Shown in pieces: positions 61,453 through 64,000 of a stretch of DNA of 64,000 nt (position 1 is the stretch's first letter; every line of letters starts with the position of its first letter). Source of the stretch: Saprospiraceae bacterium. Lineage in GTDB: Bacteria > Bacteroidota > Bacteroidia > Chitinophagales > Saprospiraceae. Under the pieces are notes generated by a model. The model was not told the DNA's origin. It was given only the letters and a program-made list of their open reading frames with translations, and did not search any database. A program made the translations under genes and the position numbers. Location of the stretch: NCBI GenBank assembly GCA_026129545.1, contig JAHCHX010000005.1, positions 49,502 through 113,501 on the forward strand. The letters are read 5' to 3'.

Positions 61453-62901
61453 TCAATCCACCCAATCTGCCACGAACACATTCGTGTCGCGTGTGCCGCC
61501 ATTGTCGCGGTTGGAGGAAAAGACCAGTTTTTTTCCGTCGGGCGAGAACATCGGGAAGGAGTTGAAAATGCTCTCGTGGGTGATTTGCTCCAGCCCCGTG
61601 CCATCTTCGTTTATCATGTAGAGTTGAAAATCGTAGCCCCGGGAAGAGTGGTGGTTGCTGCTGAAAATGATTTTTTTGCCAGAGGGATGGAAGAACGGTG
61701 CCCAGTTGGCTTTGCCCAAGTGGGTCACTTGGCGCAAGTTGGAGCCATCCACGTTGCAGGTGAATATCTCCATGTCGGCAGGGGCCACGAGGCCCTTTTT
61801 CAGGAGGTCTCGATATTCGGCGATGGCCTCGGCGGTTTTGGGTCGGCTGGCACGGAACACGATTTTGGAGCCATCGGGCGAGAAAAACGCACCGCCGTCG
61901 TAGCCGAGGTCGAAGGTGATTTGTTTTTGGTTGGAGCCATCCATGTCCATCGTCCAGAGCTCGAGGTCGCCGGAGCGGTCGCTGGTAAAGAGGATTTTGT
62001 CGCCTTTCGGGCTGACGACGGCCTCCGCGTCGTAGCCGGGGGTGTTGGTCAGCTGCTTCACGATGTTGCCTTGCATATCAGCCACAAAAATGTCGTAGGT
62101 GTCGAAAATCGGCCAGAGGTACTTGCCGCCTTCGCGGAGGTTGGGCGTGTGTGGGCAGGCATGGCCTCCCGTGTGGGTGCTGGCAAACAGGATGTGCTTG
62201 CCATCGGGCATGAAATAGGAGCATGTGGTGCGGCCTTTGCCGGTGCTGATGAGTGTCGGTTTGTAAGTGCTGTCGCCCGCGGCTTTGCCCACTTCCATAG
62301 TGAAAATTTGGTCGCATTCCAGCCCCCAGCCCGTGTAGTTGCTTTGAAAGGTAAGCCATTTACCGTCGGGACTCCAATAAGCCTCCGCGTTGTCGCCGCC
62401 AAAGGTGAGTTGGCGGATGTTTTTTAAGTGGGTTTCTGGTTTTGGGGTTGCTTGTTGCTCGTTGTTTGTTGTTTGTTGTTTGTTGTTTATTGCTTGTTGC
62501 TCGTTGTTTGTTGTTTGTTGTTTGTTGCTCGTTGTTTGTTGTTTGTTGTTTGTTGCTTGTTGCTCGTTGTTTGTTGTTTGTTGTTTGTTGTTCGTTGTTT
62601 GTTGTTTGTTGCTTGTTGCTTGTTGCTCGTTGTTTGTTGTTTGTTGTTTGTTGTTCGTTGTTTGTTGTTTGTTGTTTGTTGCTTGTTGTTTGTTGTTCGT
62701 TGTTTGTTGTTTGTTGCTTGTTGCTTGTTGCTCGTTGTTTGTTGTTTGTTGTTTGTTGTTCGTTGTTTGTTGTTTGTTGCTCGTTGTTTGTTGTTTGTTG
62801 CTCGTTGTTTGTTGCTCGTTTTGGGAAAAACAAGGGGTTGAAATCAAACAGCAAAACAGGAGAACCGGAAAATGGGACTTGGAAAAAAGAATTTGGCGCA
62901 T
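61453..62901 (-). CDS. TolB-like PD40/WD40 beta-propeller protein with an N-terminal Q/T/N heptad-repeat linker
   Basis: Signal peptide, then 18 x (N[KE]QQ[TA]T[SN]), then PD40 repeats (WSPDGKWLTFQS, FMPDGKHILFAS, VSPKGDKILFTSDRSG, FSPDGSKIVFRASR, FHPSGKKIIFSSN, FSPDGKKLVFSSNRD). The start is ATG 62901 or 62925. Confidence 0.85.
   Translation of the reverse strand: MRQILFSKSHFPVLLFCCLISTPCFSQNEQQTTSNKQQTTSNKQQTTNNKQQTTNNEQQATSNKQQTTNNKQQATNNKQQTTNNKQQTTNNEQQATSNKQQTTNNKQQTTNNEQQATNNKQQTTSNKQQTTNNEQQAINNKQQTTNNEQQATPKPETHLKNIRQLTFGGDNAEAYWSPDGKWLTFQSNYTGWGLECDQIFTMEVGKAAGDSTYKPTLISTGKGRTTCSYFMPDGKHILFASTHTGGHACPHTPNLREGGKYLWPIFDTYDIFVADMQGNIVKQLTNTPGYDAEAVVSPKGDKILFTSDRSGDLELWTMDMDGSNQKQITFDLGYDGGAFFSPDGSKIVFRASRPKTAEAIAEYRDLLKKGLVAPADMEIFTCNVDGSNLRQVTHLGKANWAPFFHPSGKKIIFSSNHHSSRGYDFQLYMINEDGTGLEQITHESIFNSFPMFSPDGKKLVFSSNRDNGGTRDTNVFVADWVD
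62443..62820. repeat. Tandem 21-bp repeat, 18 copies, in frame within the TolB-like gene
   Basis: Plus strand is built of GTTGTTTGTTG / GTTGCTCGTTG units. Heptads were counted from the translated ORF. Confidence 0.93.
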
Positions 62902-63112
62902 AAGAAAGGTCAATTTTGGGCGCAAGATTAGGGTAGTTGTGCGGAATGGCGGTCAGGATTGGGTAAAAAATGCCTACAAGCAGCGTGAGTCGTCGAATTT
63001 GCCGCCGCCCGCTACAAACGCCACACGTTTGCTTATTCCAGCAAAATAGCGCCGTGAATCGGGGTTAGGTCGAGAAAAAGTCAACAATAGTGGTGAGAGG
63101 GCGTTTCTTTCG

Positions 63113-63622
63113 ATGTCTTTCACCTCCAACACCTCTTCTTTCATGCGCGTGTCTCTCTTACTCTTGCTGCTTAGTGCGTTTGGCTTTAGCCTTTCCGCCC
63201 AAGACATTCCCTTCATCAAGGCTGAGCAAATCACCGCATGGAAAAATACCGACACCGATACCTTGTATGTGCTCAATTTCTGGGCGACGTGGTGTGCGCC
63301 GTGTGTGGAAGAATTGCCCGCTTTTGAAAAATTGAATAAAAACTACGCCGACAAGAAGGTGAAAGTCATCCTTATCAGCACTGATTTCAAGCGAAATGTG
63401 GAACCGAAAGTAAAGCCTTTTGTGAAAAAGCGAAAATTGGAAAGCACTGTGGTGTTCATGGACGAATCAAATCCGAACAACTATATTGACTTGGTGGACA
63501 CAGCTTGGTCGGGCGCGATTCCGGCCACGCTGATTGTTTCAAAGCAAAAAAACGTGTCGCAGTTTTTTGAAAAAAAGTTGACCTACGCAGAATTGGAAAC
63601 GGCGGTGAAAGAGGCGCTTTAG
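63113..63622 (+). CDS. TlpA-like thiol:disulfide oxidoreductase (thioredoxin fold)
   Basis: 169 aa with a signal peptide and LNFWATWCAPCVEELP, a CxxC motif. Confidence 0.85.
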   Translation: MSFTSNTSSFMRVSLLLLLLSAFGFSLSAQDIPFIKAEQITAWKNTDTDTLYVLNFWATWCAPCVEELPAFEKLNKNYADKKVKVILISTDFKRNVEPKVKPFVKKRKLESTVVFMDESNPNNYIDLVDTAWSGAIPATLIVSKQKNVSQFFEKKLTYAELETAVKEAL

Positions 63623-63672
63623 GGAGGCATTGAAGTCATTTCAGTAATTTCATCATAAAAAATTTAAGCAAC

Positions 63673-64000
63673 ATGAAAAAAGTACTCTCCCTCCTCACTT
63701 TTGCTTTGGCTTATGTCGCCATGTCGTTTGTTGGCAGCCACCCGGGCGGCTACCATGTGGGCGACACGGCCCGCGATTTTAGCCTCAAAAACGTGGATGG
63801 CAAGATGGTGTCGCTGGCAGGCATCAAAAATGCGGAAGGCTACATCGTCATTTTCACTTGCAACCACTGCCCCTACGCCAAGGCTTATGAAGACCGCATT
63901 ATCGCGCTGCACAACAAATACGCACCACTTGGCTACCCGGTGGTGGCCATCAATCCGAACGACAAGGACGTGCAACCGCAAGATAGCTACGACAAGATGA
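63673..64000 (+). CDS. Thioredoxin-fold (redoxin/AhpC-TSA-like) protein, 5' part; continues beyond the window
   Basis: Absent from the supplied ORF track. My translation from ATG 63673: MKKVLSLLTFALAYVAMSFVGSHPGGYHVGDTARDFSLKNVDGKMVSLAGIKNAEGYIVIFTCNHCPYAKAYEDRIIALHNKYAPLGYPVVAINPND... It has a signal peptide and a CNHC motif, and the frame is open to the window end. Confidence 0.7.
   Translation, partial: MKKVLSLLTFALAYVAMSFVGSHPGGYHVGDTARDFSLKNVDGKMVSLAGIKNAEGYIVIFTCNHCPYAKAYEDRIIALHNKYAPLGYPVVAINPNDKDVQPQDSYDKM

Noticed and set aside
62360-63049. Alternative-frame ORFs across the 21-bp repeat (62360-62854, 62390-63049, 62428-62841, 62442-62903).
   Set aside because: Low-complexity translations (poly-CCLLFVV or QQTTNNK) of the same repeat. 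Only the frame continuing into the PD40 propeller is supported.

Overview
Bacteroidota-type chromosomal window with many T9SS genes (PorP/SprF, several Por_Secre_tail cargo genes, one CHU_C-type cargo gene). No rRNA, tRNA or CRISPR array was seen. It has three parts. (i) 1-7345 is an AT-rich K+ uptake block: kdpA (partial), kdpB, kdpC, a porin, a split KdpD sensor and a histidine kinase. (ii) 7346-15000 is a plasticity zone. It holds a single-ORF IS66-family element that truncates a T9SS cargo paralogue and has mismatched flanks. Tandem cargo genes there share a near-identical ~390-bp junction module (sorting domain, terminator, promoter, signal peptide). One cargo gene has an internal AT-rich mosaic core. 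The zone also carries ~105-bp MITE-like elements and orphan hypothetical genes. (iii) 15000-64000 is GC-rich and mostly ordinary: bactofilin, PorP/SprF, tgt, GT2, NhaC, an orphan RND adaptor, rsmG, Hsp20, an amidohydrolase, an LD-carboxypeptidase, orphan paaBC, an S46 peptidase, a PLP transsulfuration enzyme, and a 1245-aa cytochrome c/PA14/propeller/DUF1080 protein. Part (iii) also contains a 12.6-kb co-directional sulfur-compound locus (44697-57320), my best candidate for an undescribed system. Its genes are a YeeE/YedE pair, a porin, a rhodanese, a CstB-like MBL-rhodanese fusion, Dps, TauE/SafE, DUF2892, Crp/Fnr, DsrE-like, a TsdA/SoxA-like dihaem cytochrome c, thioredoxin, a T9SS Kelch-like protein and a SoxB-like metallophosphatase. 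Candidate CRP-type operators precede three of its promoters. Notable non-coding structure: a G16/C16 homopolymer palindrome (40551-40668), a 19 x 10-bp tandem array (47671-47860), an 18 x 21-bp in-frame repeat (62443-62820), and nested inverted repeats over the start of a small HTH gene (60943-61063). All family assignments come from motifs recognised by eye and from memory; no searches were run.
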